Notes: generated from the letters alone by a model not told the origin. DNA of 62,513 bases, filler included, from Sphacelaria rigidula (GCA_964200075.2; 9 parts of 9 records of this genome joined end to end with filler, not necessarily neighbours in it), one strand, 5' to 3'. Positions 1 to 12,901 are shown, counted from the whole stretch's first letter. Program-made: numbers and translations.

Positions 1-1320
1 AATGATACGCACGAAAGACCCAGGGAGCCTCGTGACGGTGTCCTCTGTATCTGTTGTAGAAAAGCTCAGATCGCCCTCAAACGGTATTGATGCTCAAAAT
101 GGAAAAATTGTATTCTTGACAATATGTCATGGTGTCTCCGTTCTCTACCGGCTTCTGGGGGTCCCAGCATGAAGACCCCCGGAAGGCGGTACAGAATGCC
201 CTGAAAGAAAAACAATGAAATGATGCGTCCCGGGAGAGTCCAAGGAACACATGTACAAAGTTTGGTGGAGAAGCTCGACAATCTCATACAGTTTTTTCTT
301 GCCTTGACGTCAAATACACCCCGAAAGACGTTTCTATACTGAAACCAAGTAGTTAGTACTTGCACGTTTCGAGCCCGTCCTCCACAAACGCGCAAACATC
401 CACGCTGTCATTAGGAGTTAGATCCTGAAACTTCGCGTAAGTGTGCTACGTATCATGACGCAACTTTGTACGGACGATGTTTGTTGTACTTCTTGAGTTT
501 GTCACCGTTTTTCGGGGGTCCGACGGTATCGAAGTCGTTTTTCGAAGTAGTCTCCATTCTGGGACCCCAGAAAAACGGGACTACGACATTTTTCTCCATG
601 TTTTCGCGAACTATCTGCCTTCGCATGACGCAGGGATGGGCTCCACAAATTTTCGTCGCAAAACTCGATCAACTGATGCTTGAATTTCCATGTTCACCGC
701 AAACAAGGCGCAAAAACGTCGTCTTGGTACTAGAATCGAGTAGTTTGCGGTTTCACCGCGGCACGGCAAACTTCATAGCACAAAGGCGAAAAACCCTCAC
801 GCCGTTTCAAGGAGTTAGACCCTCAAATTTTGTTCAAATGTGCTTTGGGACATTACGCAACTTTGGATGAATGGTTTATTGTTTTTGTTACCGTTATACG
901 GGGGTCCGATTGGGTCGAGGTTTCCCCCAAAAAACTGGGACAAGAGTCAAAAAGTAAAAAAAAACTTCGAAAGCTGAAAGTTGCCTAATGACCGATATGA
1001 CATTCGTGCAAAATTTCAGGGTCTAACTCCCTAAAACGGCGTGAGCTTTTGCCGATGAGTGTTTTTCGGGTGTTATCAACGTGAACCAGCCTGTATCACT
1101 CCAGTAAAATATGCTTTCCAAATCGCAATTGACGGGGGTGCCATTGTGCACGCAATCTTGATCAGCCGTCCCTTCCGCTTGACAAAAAGTGCCGCCGGTA
1201 GAGCATTGATCAGAAACTCATGGGCAGACAGGGGAGCTAGCGTAGACTGCGTGCAGTGAAAAAGCGATTATATACGGCAACCGCACGAAAAAAACGAACA
1301 GGGTAATTGCCTCAAATTTT

Positions 1321-1573
1321 GTGTCATCCTACGATGGGGGGGGAAGGGGTATTTCGGGCCACTTCTTGCACGACATTCCAAGTCAACTCGTCGTTGAAAG
1401 CAGCAAGGGATGTTCGAACGAGCTTGTAATAAATATATAACGCTTATTCATACTGCTTGACACCATTTTGAACCAAATACAAGCGCACCGCGAGTGTGGC
1501 AGGTCGTCCGACACACCTATGAGCCTCTTTTTTCGTTGAATCAAATACCCCCCCGCCTATCGTAGGATGACTC
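1321..1573. mobile_element. ~250-bp MITE with (G)AGTCATCCTACGATAGGGGG termini
   Basis: Left end GTGTCATCCTACGATGGGGG and right end CCTATCGTAGGATGACTC are inverted repeats. Related copies at 27831-27914 (right end only), 55370-55557 (opposite orientation, cut by contig end) and ~41371-41610 (diverged). Confidence 0.8.
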
Positions 1574-1900
1574 TTCTGTCTAATACAACACAGAGGAGTG
1601 TGGTGCTTCAGTGGGGGTGCACAAGCATTTTCTGAGAGTCGAATTTTTAGGAGCCCTCTCTTTATCTCATCCAAAAAACGACTTCTGAAATACGAGAGGA
1701 CGCCTGACGATTAGCATATTCCAATGGGCCAGTGATAAACCCGAACGGAATTTGAAAACGGGAAATGTCCTGACCCATATTCTCGTGTAGCTCCAAACAT
1801 TAGGGGCCCGTGATTGAGACAAGAGATGGACTCCAATGCGCAACCCATTGTCGAAAAGTGCGCTGGATACAGTATCGAATCTGTGGCGTCTACTGCAATG

Positions 1901-2433
1901 CAGTAGTGGACGGTCTAACTATTTAGGGGTGTTTAGAGGTTTCCCTCGCGCACTATCTTCGAAATTGCTAGCGTCGATAGATTTTGGTACAACAAAATAG
2001 ATCATCTTCGAAGCACAGTGCCCAAGTCTGTCTCAGTTGGTGTTATCGGGCGAAACGAGTGAATACCCCGTTTATCAGGAGGGTGTTATTGACCGTGAAA
2101 CACAGTTTTTCGGCCCTAGTGCACTGAGTAGGCCGAATTTCAAAAAAATTAAAAACTGTACATTTTTTCACAAATATTATCGGGACGGGCTCGATCGACC
2201 GAAAATACAGAAGAGTAAGAATCTGGGCTGAATCGTGGCAGGACCCCCAATGACCGGTCAGCCCGTAAGTCACTCAATATCGAGTACACATGATTTTTTT
2301 CTCATTGGAATGTGGAGGGGATACAAATATCTTGAGATCCTCGATGTCATGAGGGGTGGCAAGTGAAAAGAGCCCAAGAAAGTCCCCAATTACGAAAAAA
2401 TCATAAAATGAATAGTTAGACCGCCCACTACTG
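1901..2433. mobile_element. Tc1/mariner(pogo)-type MITE
   Basis: TIRs CAGTAGTGGACGGTCTAACTATT / AATAGTTAGACCGCCCACTACTG, flanked by TG and TA. Internal blocks (ATACCCCGTTTATCAGGAGGG, GCCCGTAAGTCACT) are shared with the elements at 36221-37969. Confidence 0.8.
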
Positions 2434-2453
2434 TAGACAATATGTTCAATGTA

Positions 2454-3072
2454 CAGTAGGTGGCCCTGTATAGTGCGGGTATGGGACAGGCGATTTCACC
2501 CGCACTAATCCGGGCACCTGCACAATATGGTTTTTCCTTCATTGTGTGCATCCCGCACTTATAAATGTGAACATATTACCTCAATAGTGCGGGTCCCGCA
2601 CCACGTACGCTCTTGACGAGTTGCGGGCTGGTTATGTGGGACTCTTTCGCCCGAAACAGCGGTACGGGTGATGGGGCTACTATTATAAGTGTACGAGGTG
2701 TCTTGTAAGAAAGTAGAGCAGGTATGTGCAGGTGACAGGCTTCCAAAGTTTGTTTTCTTGTGCTTTTTGCCCTTGCGGATGCAAGCACCAACCCGAACCC
2801 TCCCAGAGAGACGGACGAGTGACCGCGTACAGCAGTACGTACTGCTGTACGTGCGGGGGAAACGTGTGAACTGTGCGTGTTTTACAGCCTTTGCAGCCGG
2901 GGGCTCGCACTATGTAGGTCTCACAACGGTCCAAATACGCACTAAACTGGACGGTGCCCCCTTATAGTGCGGCACCCGCACTAAACCGGGTTCCGTCTGT
3001 GACAAGCGATAACCGCCGCATTAAACCGGTCAGGCGAACTACATAACCCGCACTATACAGGGCCACCTACTG
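2454..3072. mobile_element. Tc1/mariner(pogo)-type MITE
   Basis: Perfect TIR CAGTAGGTGGCCCTGTATAGTGCGGGT, TA duplication at 2452-2453 and 3073-3074, and many internal CCCGCACT/AGTGCGGG sub-repeats. Confidence 0.9.
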
Positions 3073-4526
3073 TACTGTGCACAGAAATGTTTTGACAATG
3101 AAATCTTTTGTCCAGAGTTTGCAACCCTTACCTCAGCATGACTCAGTGCAGCACAAGTGACGTTGAAACGACTTGGCGTGCAGTGGGATACCCGAACATG
3201 GTCGAGGTCTAGCAGCAGGCAATCGTCGGGAAGGACAAGAAGTGCCCAAAACACAGCGACAGTGGGCAGGTTCTTGCGTATATCACAGAAGCAGCGGTTG
3301 CGAGCATGCAGCAATTGAGGTGCATGAAGGTGCTCTCATCCACAAACTTTTGTACATGTGCTCGATTATTTTCCCATGTGATTAAAAAAAGGCTTCATTC
3401 TATCAAAGCGGGTTTGACGCTTAGACCGCGACGGTAGTCCACCTGGATCGTGCAGCATACGTTTTTCGTAAATGAAATTGATGCCGATTCAACACATGAC
3501 CTACTCCCCCTGCTGCTTAAGGGTTGAATGCAGTTTTCAAACAGCCCAACTTTTAGTCTGAGTTCTTTTTTTCGCACTCCCGATAGGTTCCGGGATCAAA
3601 CGTCTTCACGCTGACAGTTATGAAATGGTCTATTGTGGAGGTTGATTTGACATTTTCCTATTTTCTCATCAAATACTTTGACCCAAAATGCGAAATTGTC
3701 AGGACCTGCGCTTGCGTGTGGAAGGTTCGGCAATGGCGAGAATGGTTTGATCACTTCGCTGTGTTTCGCGCGTGTACACAAGAATGCAGCGCACACCCGT
3801 ATCCACGTCTACAAGCACCAAACAGTCGGTAGCACACCCTCACGCGGCAGTTTCCTCCGAGAATACACCCAGCATCATCAGCCATCCAGCAACAGCATTT
3901 TACACAAACACTCTACAGTAGCAACAAACACACAACTTGCACCCGGTACTGTACTAGTGGTGGCATTTTGATGCCTCGTGATACTGTCATACATGTTGTG
4001 GCCGTGAGCTGGACCGAATAAAGGGGTTCTTGGGCAAACTCATCTCTTGATTTTTTGCTCGTTTCGCGCATGCTCGTTGAGGGCCCCATCGCTTCCACGG
4101 ACGATGCGACAGACGAACCAGCCAACCCCATGTGCGTGTAAAACGGGATGCAAATGACCTAAGTAGCATTGCTACTGTGCTCGTCTCGTCAAAACACCTT
4201 CACGAGTCACAGCATGGGCAGCATGTTTTAGACGGCGAATAAGCATGTCCTCCCCTACCTAAACCCCGAGATTAGCTTTCTGCTGACCTCGCTCATGGAG
4301 CTGCGTGCTTGATGAGCACAGCGGCCCTTTCCCAACTCATTTACATGTGGCGAGAGGCTGCAGCGTGTACAACCAAGCGTGCTTTGGGGACGTTGCAAGC
4401 TGGGAGAGCGGGGGCGCTTGCTTACACGGCCATTGTCGTTACCATGCATGCATCGTGCAGTGTTTTTTTTTCTTGCATTGTTGCATGCCATGGTATATGA
4501 CGTGACCGTGGTACAATATGTTTTAA

Positions 4527-4768
4527 CCCCTTTAGATCCGTTGATGGAAAAATGACAATCTATAATTGACGCTTTTGGGGGCAAGATATGGTTGTTTTTC
4601 TTCAAGTGTTGATGATTCAGTCCACCAAAACGGTGCGCCACTCTCAGTTCAAGTATACTAATGTGGCAGATTCATGCACCGGACTCGAAGTGACGTTTTT
4701 TCTGGGGACAAAAGATCGCACATGGGAATTTGTAAACCGCCACTTTTCCATCGACGGTTCCAAAAGGG
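4527..4768. mobile_element. piggyBac-type MITE
   Basis: TTAA-CCC...GGG-TTAA ends with imperfect TIRs CCCCTTTAGATCCGTTGATGGAAAA / TTTTCCATCGACGGTTCCAAAAGGG. Confidence 0.8.
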
Positions 4769-4772
4769 TTAA

Positions 4773-4976
4773 CGAGACAAGAAAAGTGAGCAGGCGCCGT
4801 GAGAGTGACAAGTGATTTCTGGCGTTCCTTGCATTTTTATTTTTCCAAATATTTTGACCTTCCAGTTGGTTACCCATCCGCTGTCGAGCAATCGGAAAAA
4901 CAAAAATAAAACAAAATAACCAAGACCATCAGAATCACCCTGGCCCTCACGGCTCGTCGTCACTTTTCTCGTCTCG
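4773..4976. mobile_element. TTAA-flanked MITE with CGAGAC termini
   Basis: TIRs CGAGACAAGAAAAGTGA / TCACTTTTCTCGTCTCG, with TTAA at 4769-4772 and 4977-4980. Confidence 0.75.
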
Positions 4977-5104
4977 TTAAAACGGGCCCTGACGGTCGCA
5001 CACAAACGTGGCGTGCTGTACGGGTCCGGGTACAAACGTCATTGGAACTGACGATTCACACAACCAACAATGAGTTTATTGTACCGCATATTTCGACAAC
5101 ACAA

Positions 5105-5470
5105 CAGTTGGTAACCTCAAAACCTTCTGACGGCTGGGTCGTGGATTCAAATCTCGGATCGATCTGAGATTTTTCTCACACCATGCCCAGCAGTGGAGAG
5201 CGGAAATGTCGAGGGTACACAAAGCTCGACTTGATTGTCGACAAGTGAAAGGGAGTGATGAACCCCTCTCGCGATAAAAAAGTAAAGGCAAGCGCCACCG
5301 AAGGAAAGTGGAGTACTAAAAATGAAAAATGAAAAATGAAAAAATCCTGTGCTGGCCTTACTCCTGTGTGACCCCGGCGGGTGCGCCCACATGTACCGAA
5401 ACGTGTAGACCAGCGTCCAGAATAGATGGGACGACAGCACACATCACACCACACGCATACAATTGGACAC
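5105..5470 (+). mobile_element. tRNA-derived SINE family 1 (5' truncated, CA-rich tail)
   Basis: AGTTGGTAACCTC...GGATTCAAATC head and a ~300-bp body matching the minus-strand copy at 11725-12095. Confidence 0.8.
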
Positions 5471-6786
5471 ACTTACCTCGAGTGTGCTACTACTGGACTC
5501 AACTGCCCCTGTATACCGGGGTAGCTACCCGTGTCGTTGATTTTTGTTTTGTCCGTCACTCCGTAAGCATGAGCGTCTGTGAATAATGAGGCGTCTGACC
5601 CGGGGATGGGAGGGGATAGTTCCGAAGGGGTAAAATCCTTCGAGCTCGGAACAGTCCACGCTAATCCACGCATGCCATAACCCCACTTCATGATTGAATG
5701 GGTGAAATGGAGTTGGCTTTATCGGTGCCGAAAATGTGTACGATCGCCGGTGGACTCAAGACGGTGCAAGCTCATGCCAAATACGAATGTTCCTTGTCCA
5801 CAGGATTGCGAAATTATTTACTCCGAGGCGCACGTATGAAGGGCCATTATCAGCATCGCATTCCATTCGACACATAGGTGTGAGGCGCCAATACAGCCTT
5901 CGCTTTCCGTTCTTTTGCCGGCGTTAGCGTACACACATAGCACACGATCCCCCATCACGCGTGCGATGGACTGTTGAGCACTGCACAACACCTCCTGGAG
6001 AATAGATCTTCAACCCTTCGATCGCCAGAGTGAGTTGTTTGTTGAAAAGGCAATCGTTTTTATTAAAAAATGATGGTTACCGACAGGACCGGCATGACCC
6101 ACTTGGCGGTCAAAAGGGGTAAGTTAATTACCGATGTTTCGCAAAACACGGGGGCGGGTTGTAGCTGTGAGGTGGGAAACGATTTCCTCCAACCGATTTC
6201 CATTAGAGTTGTGAGGCTGGTTTGGCTAGCTAGCCAGTTAACTGGTTGCAAAAAATTACAACCAGTCACACTTTTTATTTAAACTGGATAACTGGCGGCG
6301 AAGCGCCCCGCGACTCCGCCAGCGTTGCCTGGCAAGGCAGCGCGGCGGCATCGTGTGAGCGCCCGCCCCCGGCTGGTGAGGGGGCCTCGCCGGAGGCGCC
6401 GCCGGAGAAAATTACGCCATTTGGCTTCATATCTCTTCATGACCGCGGTAAATTCTAGTCGCCTGGTGCCAGCAATTCGAACACGTAATCGGTCACAAAA
6501 TATATATGTACATGTATGGGGGAAAATACATGTATCACTGAAATATGCGGCGTGAATTAAAAAAACGAAGCGGTGAGACAGTAGTTCAGCATACATAGCG
6601 TTCCGCGTGTACCACCCAAGCGCCAGGAAGTGCTAGTATTACACGACCACTTGGTAACGTTATTGAGTGTGACTTTATCAGCCAGGAAAATTCAACAGAA
6701 CTCTCGACTAGCTTCGGTATCACATTGAGCAGCCACCACTGAGCGCTTAGCGCTTGGTGCCGACAGAATAAAGCAAAGCACACACA

Positions 6787-6858
6787 CCGGTCGCCCCGGT
6801 GGCTCAGTTGGTAACCTCGTAACCTTCTGATGGTTGAGATGGGGGGTTCGATTCCCAG
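6787..6858 (+). mobile_element. tRNA-derived SINE family 1 head (cut by contig end)
   Basis: A box TGGCTCAGTTGG and B box GGTTCGATTCC; the same head occurs at 50418 (+) and 12095 (-). Confidence 0.8.
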
Positions 6859-6958
6859 NNNNNNNNNNNNNNNNNNNNNNNNNNNNNNNNNNNNNNNNNN
6901 NNTTAATTAATTAANNNNNNNNNNNNNNNNNNNNNNNNNNNNNNNNNNNNNNNNNNNN
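6859..6958. other. Artificial contig-joining linker (N44-TTAATTAATTAA-N44); identical linkers at 13817-13916, 20774-20873, 27731-27830, 34688-34787, 41645-41744, 48602-48701 and 55558-55657
   Basis: 100-bp N blocks with a central all-frame-stop 12-mer. The intervening segments are 6858, 6858, 6857 (x5), 6856 and 6856 bp, as expected for size-sorted unplaced contigs. Confidence 0.97.
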
Positions 6959-7070
6959 CACAGAAAGAAATGGCCGACCTAAAACAAGAAAAAAGGAAAA
7001 GAAGAGGAAAGTACAGAGCAAATAAAATAGATTACAAAACATGATGGAAAAAGAAAAGAGAAAGAAAAAA
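6959..7070 (-). mobile_element. Fragment of RTE-type LINE 3' UTR
   Basis: Reverse complement of ~22125-22222 (TTTGCTTTGTACTTTCCTC...TTAGGTCGGCCATTT). Confidence 0.7.
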
Positions 7071-7326
7071 AAATGGGATGGAGTGTATGCGGGATCCGTG
7101 CTTTTCCGCGCTCGAAATACTCAAAACGAAACGGGTCTGCGGCTTCCTTTATATGCTACGTTTTAATCCAATACGACATAGTGGTCAGGATAACGGGCTT
7201 TCACACTACCAAGTATGAATTGAAGAAAATGCTGCAGGGTGCGATCGCTTCATATCCGCTATTTTGACGTTTATCGCACGGCATGTATCGGCATGTATCG
7301 GCATGTACCGCGATGTGCCTCAAAGT

Positions 7327-7551
7327 CGCGAAGCTGAAGTTGTCCTGTTTTTGTGTGGGATTCGTTCTCGCTTCGGCAATTGTGTGGGCGCCGACTGCTG
7401 CCAACGGAACAACTGTACGGACGATGACTGCTGGCAACGTAGCGAAAGAGGCGTATGAACTCCGACAAAAGGCGCATCGACGTCGGGTCCGGCAGAGCTT
7501 GTGGGTCAGAGATAAGGGACTCCGGCTGCTATCTTCGACTGCTATCGTCGG
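7327..7551 (+). CDS. UNC45: UNC-45-like myosin chaperone, internal exon 1 of this contig (5' boundary uncertain)
   Basis: Encodes ...QSLWVRDKGLRLLSSTAIVG, resembling the UNC-45 central-domain motif LWVxDxGL. Donor GG|GTACGT is phase 2, compatible with the exon at 7922. Confidence 0.5.
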
Positions 7552-7921
7552 GTACGTGTAAAGTGCTGCATTCAGCGAGCTATGATGGGTTCGGATTCCC
7601 GTATTACATGATGCACTCACCACGAGTGGCCTGATCCGCGTTTTTTTCTTTCTTATACCGGCCATTTGTATCCATATATATATATTGTCTCCTCACTGAA
7701 ATTGCGGACTCAGAGCCGGCGCATTAAAACTTGAAGGGTATGTTGTCCTTGACGGCAGACAAGTGTAGTGCTGTGTAGTCAATCGGAAGTTGGGGCACGC
7801 ACGAAGAATGAGTAGCCATGCAGTATGCTCTTGGAGGACGTAGGACCGTGCTTACCGCAACACACGAGGCACAGAAATCAGCGGAAAATATCGCATTTGG
7901 TGTACGGCATGCACATCACAG

Positions 7922-8118
7922 GATGTACAAGGCACTCAGCAGCGAGGAGCCAACGGAGAGACGAAAGGCATCCGCCTGCCTAAGCAGGCTCGGTCGTGCG
8001 GTAACTTCGGTCCAAGCTAACGAGAAAGAGAGAGAGTTGGACTCGAACAGAGTGAAGGAAGCCGTGCAACCCTTGCTACAGTTCCAAGCTGGGGGAGAAG
8101 TCGACGCCAAACAAGAAG
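7922..8118 (+). CDS. UNC45: UNC-45-like myosin chaperone, internal exon 2
   Basis: CACAG| acceptor and AAG|GTAT donor. Encodes MYKALSSEEPTERRKASACLSRLGRAV...VDAKQE, matching the UNC-45 pattern RxxASxxLxxL. Phases 2 to 1. Confidence 0.65.
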
Positions 8119-9600
8119 GTATCAAACATCAAGGGATTGGTCGGTTGGTTGTCTCGCATTGGCTTATCGGCCACAAGATCGAAATCATCATCCAGCCGTG
8201 ATGGCAAGATGGTTGCCCAAGGCATACTACCTTAGTCAGTGAAGTGCAAACACAAGCACGGTACACAAGCACACTACCGGGCATGTGACATGTTACTCAC
8301 AACATGTTTTTTTACAGAAACGTCGCATTAGTGTATTTAGCCGATAATGACAGACTAGTTACACTTCGTGAGACAAAAAAGCTTTTCCGGGGCACTAGCC
8401 CGTACACGAGCGGTACGTAGCACAACGAGCAGGACTGCTTCCATCGGATTCATACCCCGGAGAATGCCGTACACTCTGCTCGACTATCCGCGGAACTTGA
8501 GCTTTCAAGCGATTATAGTCCGTAAACAAAAACGAAGTTTTCGCCCTTGAAAAAACAAAAAATGTGTTTTTTTATACGAACCCTATGCTAAAAGTACCTC
8601 AAGGAGGATCCCTGCAATGGTACAGGTACACCAGAGTGAGCCGTAAACTGTGCTTGAAAACCACACTCACGCATGGTGAGGTTCTGGAACGAGTCGACGT
8701 ACGTAACAGACGCTTTCGCCCGAAAAATGAAGAAGTATGCCTTTTCGCCGCTTGTTGTGACGCTGCCATCGGAACGTGCACTCTCCGTGCCACGAGCTGC
8801 CAACCATGTGCGGCGCCTACAACGTCCCATCACACCGTACGACCATGGCTGGGCGTAAACCCTTCTAGCCCATCGATGACCTCATGAGCGAGATAGTGCA
8901 GAGAAACTTGAACGAAGAGCAGTGTAAAACTTTCGTCGCATGTATGGGTTGACCTCGCAGTAGTACCCCGGCGTGGGCAGCGCTCCGTGATGAAAGCCAC
9001 ATGGCTGTGGTTTCTCAACACAGGTGGAGATCGAGTACAGCGAGGGGTTTCGAGGATCCTGTGAGCAGCGCATCGGATATGCGAAGGCAGTGAATCGTGG
9101 TGTTACTCGAATCTGAAAGAAAACACCAGAAAAAACACAGGATCTGACCGACATGCCAGCAGAGAAGGTCTTACTTGCCCCAAAACCCCGAAGTCCCTAA
9201 TGCTCAAGTTCTCGCTCGAGGTTTGAGGGTGGGGGCCTGAAATGTTTCATGTTTAGGAGCGGTGCGTATTGATGAGTGAAAGGTCTTTGCGAGTACCGTT
9301 TGTTCCAGATGCTCTGGAGAAAGGGTATGTTTTTTGCTGTTGGAAATTCAGTCAGGTAGATCCAACTCCACAACCTGACGAAGAGCTAAGTGCAAAAAAC
9401 ACAACAAAGTGCACTGGTTATGGATAACCTTTGAATGTTCCATTCGCACTTCCTCTCGAAACGTTAGATCCTCGAGCAGTAACTCTCGAACCTCGAACAA
9501 GAAATCGCCGAAGACAATTCCTCCTCTCAGGTAATGGGACCAGCCTGTATGGCATTCCGGACGTTTCCAGTGTTTCAGAAAGGCAAAAGTAAGTAAACAA

Positions 9601-9602
9601 GG

Positions 9603-9663
<61 letters not shown>
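9601..9663. repeat. (GTT)n microsatellite
   Basis: About 20 perfect GTT units; explains the poly-Thr ORF at 9418-9669. Confidence 0.95.
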
Positions 9664-11119
9664 CTTCACATTAAAAAACCGTTCCANNNNNNNNCTAGCT
9701 ACCTATAATAAGGTATGAGGAAATAACCCCCCCCCCAAAAAAAAAACAACAAAAAAAATTGAACCAGAAAACAAAACTCACAAAACGCGATACGAGCAAA
9801 ACAGGAATAAAGAATAAAGAAGAAAGATAATCAATATGGCTAACCTCAGAAGATCCGGTGCCGCGGGTGGCCATTCGGACTTGAGGGGGTGGCGCCCGAC
9901 TTTCCAACTCGACGCGCGAGGCCATGTAGAAATGAACCTAGGGTCCGACTACGGGCGAAACTCAAGGCCCGAAAACCACCAACAAAAAACTAGAAATCGC
10001 AAGGTTCAATCTTTCGACCTCTGGAGGGACAGCCATACGTACAAGCATACCAGGTGTACCAAGCCAAGCACCGCATGGCATAACGACACCCTCCGTGGGG
10101 GAGGTTCATCCCCCACTCCCCCCTTCTCTGGCCTGTCGTCATTGCGGTGTTGGCTTCGTTGGTGTCCCGCCCAATCGCAAGGCACGGCCTGTATTTATCA
10201 CTAGAGTAGCGCATACTCTCAGCTGTGGAGTGTGTATCCTTAATCCAATTCATGTGCTGCACTGGTCGACCGCTGCAGGAGGTGTTTGGGTGTGAGTATG
10301 ATATACACATTCGGTCTAGGGTTACGAGGTGTTGCGATTTCACGTTGTTGCGTCTATAGATGAAAGTTACCAATAGGCCAATGGTCCACGTTTGCCAGGT
10401 ACGGTACTACAGCGTGTGGACCGGCGCGGCGGTGGTTTGTGTTTCAGGCCCTCCATTGGTGCTGTTTCGCTTAGAGTTGAAAGTTTTTCATTACCGACAT
10501 GGTGCATCTGAACTCTTTTTCGGCATAGCCTCGTCTCTTGACCCATTCTTTGAATGTTGAGCCTGAGTTTTGACACGCCCTCGTGTTTCTCGACATATTG
10601 CGATGCTGGACACGACAGCGGAAGGTCCGGTGCTTTTGGCTACTTCAGTGGAGCCTCACTTGCAAGGCATCACGAGGGAAGTTCTTTAATCTCCCCGCCC
10701 CCCCTCATCTGGACAAGCGTGCAGTCTCGAGGAATTAGCCGGTGTCTCCCGTCGTACCGGCCTTGTTTTTCGTTCTCGAGCAGTGGGTGAATCGTCTCTC
10801 TCTAACCGCCTCTCTCTTCTCTAGCTAATCCACACTGGAACACGCCCGTTACCACCAATTCACGTCCTCACCCTTCGGACAACGTGAACCAAAAACAAAA
10901 TACGCCACTGTCAGGCCTTGATCCCACAAAATCTAATGTCTCTCTTTTCCACCTCTTTGACCCACTGGGCCCCAATACTGAATGCGAGGGTATTGCAGCT
11001 GAACCGCGCCCAGCGCAGTGCTTGCCGTATTCTTACCCCTTCCCGTGATCACGCGCACGCATGTGCTCTGGTGCGTCTGATACCATAAATTTGATGTGGT
11101 CTGCTGCCGGGAACGACAG

Positions 11120-11262
11120 CGGAAGGAGAAGTGCTGTTGGCCATCTCGGCGGAGTCTCGCATGCAGGGCACCATACGGAGGGTTGCGACGGCTGCAGCGC
11201 TTGCCAATGCAGAGGGAGGGCTCGGGTCGTGGGCTATGAGTCGACAGGGCTTTCTGGGCGAG
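11120..11262 (+). CDS. UNC45: UNC-45-like myosin chaperone, internal exon 3
   Basis: GACAG| acceptor and GAG|GTGAGC donor. Encodes EGEVLLAISAESRMQGTIRRVATAAALANAEGGLGSWAMSRQGFLGE. Phases 1 to 0 fit both neighbouring exons. Confidence 0.65.
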
Positions 11263-11724
11263 GTGAGCGCCCAAGTGTGCTTGTACGGTTGCCTCTTTGC
11301 TCCCTCTTAATAACTTGCTCACCGGCAGCTATTGCTGCTCGGTGCTGAAGTTACCTGTAGACCGGAGTGAACACTCACATAAATTTGTTGAGGAGGAGGG
11401 TGCGAGCTTTTTATTTTTACTCTTCGCATATATAGCGGTTGCTACAATATTGTGTTGCTGTCGGTGTTTTGTAGTTCATGAAGCACAAAACATTCAATGC
11501 ATTCGAATCGGATCAGGCCCACCAACCCCACCACTGCATCAGTGCTACCATCGACAAGCGTTGAGGTTGCAGCACCACTTTACCTTCAATGCTGCGCAAC
11601 TCTTCATTCTTCAACCGAGCTTGAATCATGACCCTACTTTGCTTTCATACCTACGTCCTTAATCCTTGGCCTTGACTTTCGCAATAGCCCGGCAGTGAAC
11701 TAGGATGAGCTCTCGTTCGTGTGA

Positions 11725-12095
11725 ATGTGTGCATGTGTGCTTTTATTGTCGTGCCATCTATTCTGGACGTTAGTCTACGCCGTTCTGTATGTGTGGGCGC
11801 ATCAGCGGGGGTCACACAGGAGGAAGATTAACACAGGAGGTTTAATATTTTTTAGTTTTTACTCCGCCGTCCTTCTGCGGTGCTTGCCTTACTTTTTATT
11901 GCGAGAAGGGCTCGGCGATCCATTTCCCTCGTCGATTGTGAAGCCAACCTTCGTCTACTCACGACATAGTCGCTCTCCACTGTTGTGCGTGACGTGAGAA
12001 AAATCCCGGATCGTGTGACTTCACCGAGATTCGAACCTACATGCGGATACTCGTATGGTTTCGAGGTTACCAACTGAGCCACCGGGGCGATCGGC
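11725..12095 (-). mobile_element. tRNA-derived SINE family 1, near full length, intronic
   Basis: Minus strand reads GCCCCGGTGGCTCAGTTGGTAACCTCG...GGTTCGAATCTC; body matches 5160-5470. Confidence 0.85.
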
Positions 12096-12901
12096 GTGTT
12101 AATGGTGTGCGTGTGGAATTTCATATGTTGAAATACTTGTGGAATGGTAATACAACGGCTTCATATCTTGCGCTGAGCATCTGTATGAGGAAATACAGAC
12201 AATGGGGTAATCATTTTTACACACCAAAATTTCGCGTGGCTAATCATTTCGTTCCAATCATAACGAGTCAGCAGTTCTAGGTTGTTCGTTGTTCGGTGTT
12301 TTGCTCAAGAGCAAAGCAGGGAGTGCCCCCTGGCGTATATTCAGAACAGTTATTTCCCCCACTCTCGGGGGAAAGGTGGGCGTCAAGGGGCTTCACAAAC
12401 GCTCGACGAAATATATATTTTGGCATTGAACAAATAAATGAACCCGAATACCCCTAGGGTAGCAGTCGTCCATATGTGGAACAGTAGGTGCTTAGGCCGT
12501 TGTCCTGGCTCTCTCGGGGTGTGTCGAGCTATTATTCACTCTTCGAACAAGGAGAGTATCGCAATGTTTCCTGAATTCCCCGGTATCCACGCTCATGAAG
12601 AACGGCACGGAAAAATGCAACAACCACAGTCGATTCTCGAGAAAATGACGTGTCAATTCATGTTTGGAATCGGAAGGCCGACGCAGTATACCTGTGAATC
12701 CTTTGTTAGAAGCGTCTTACAACGAGTGCCCGGCCCCAAGTACTGGTGAACAATCGATAAAAAAATGCCTGCTTCTCAACTCTGGTATGGAAGGACTAGC
12801 CGGTGAATATTGATTCCCCCTGGCTATTAGGGTCATCGCTCTTGACTGGAATGATCATTTCTTTTGCTTTTGCTTCACTACTCGCGGGAACAACAACTCA
12901 G

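Noticed and set aside
6787-6858. Functional tRNA gene
   Set aside because: A and B boxes are present, but there is no proper cloverleaf, and the same head continues into a shared SINE body elsewhere.
7167-7606. tRNA-Glu(TTC)-like 5' half (TAGTGGTCAGGATAACGGGCTTTCAC) and a T-arm-like GGGTTCGGATTCCCG about 380 bp later
   Set aside because: The stems do not pair convincingly, and the intervening sequence contains a probable protein exon. More likely a decayed tRNA/SINE fragment or chance.
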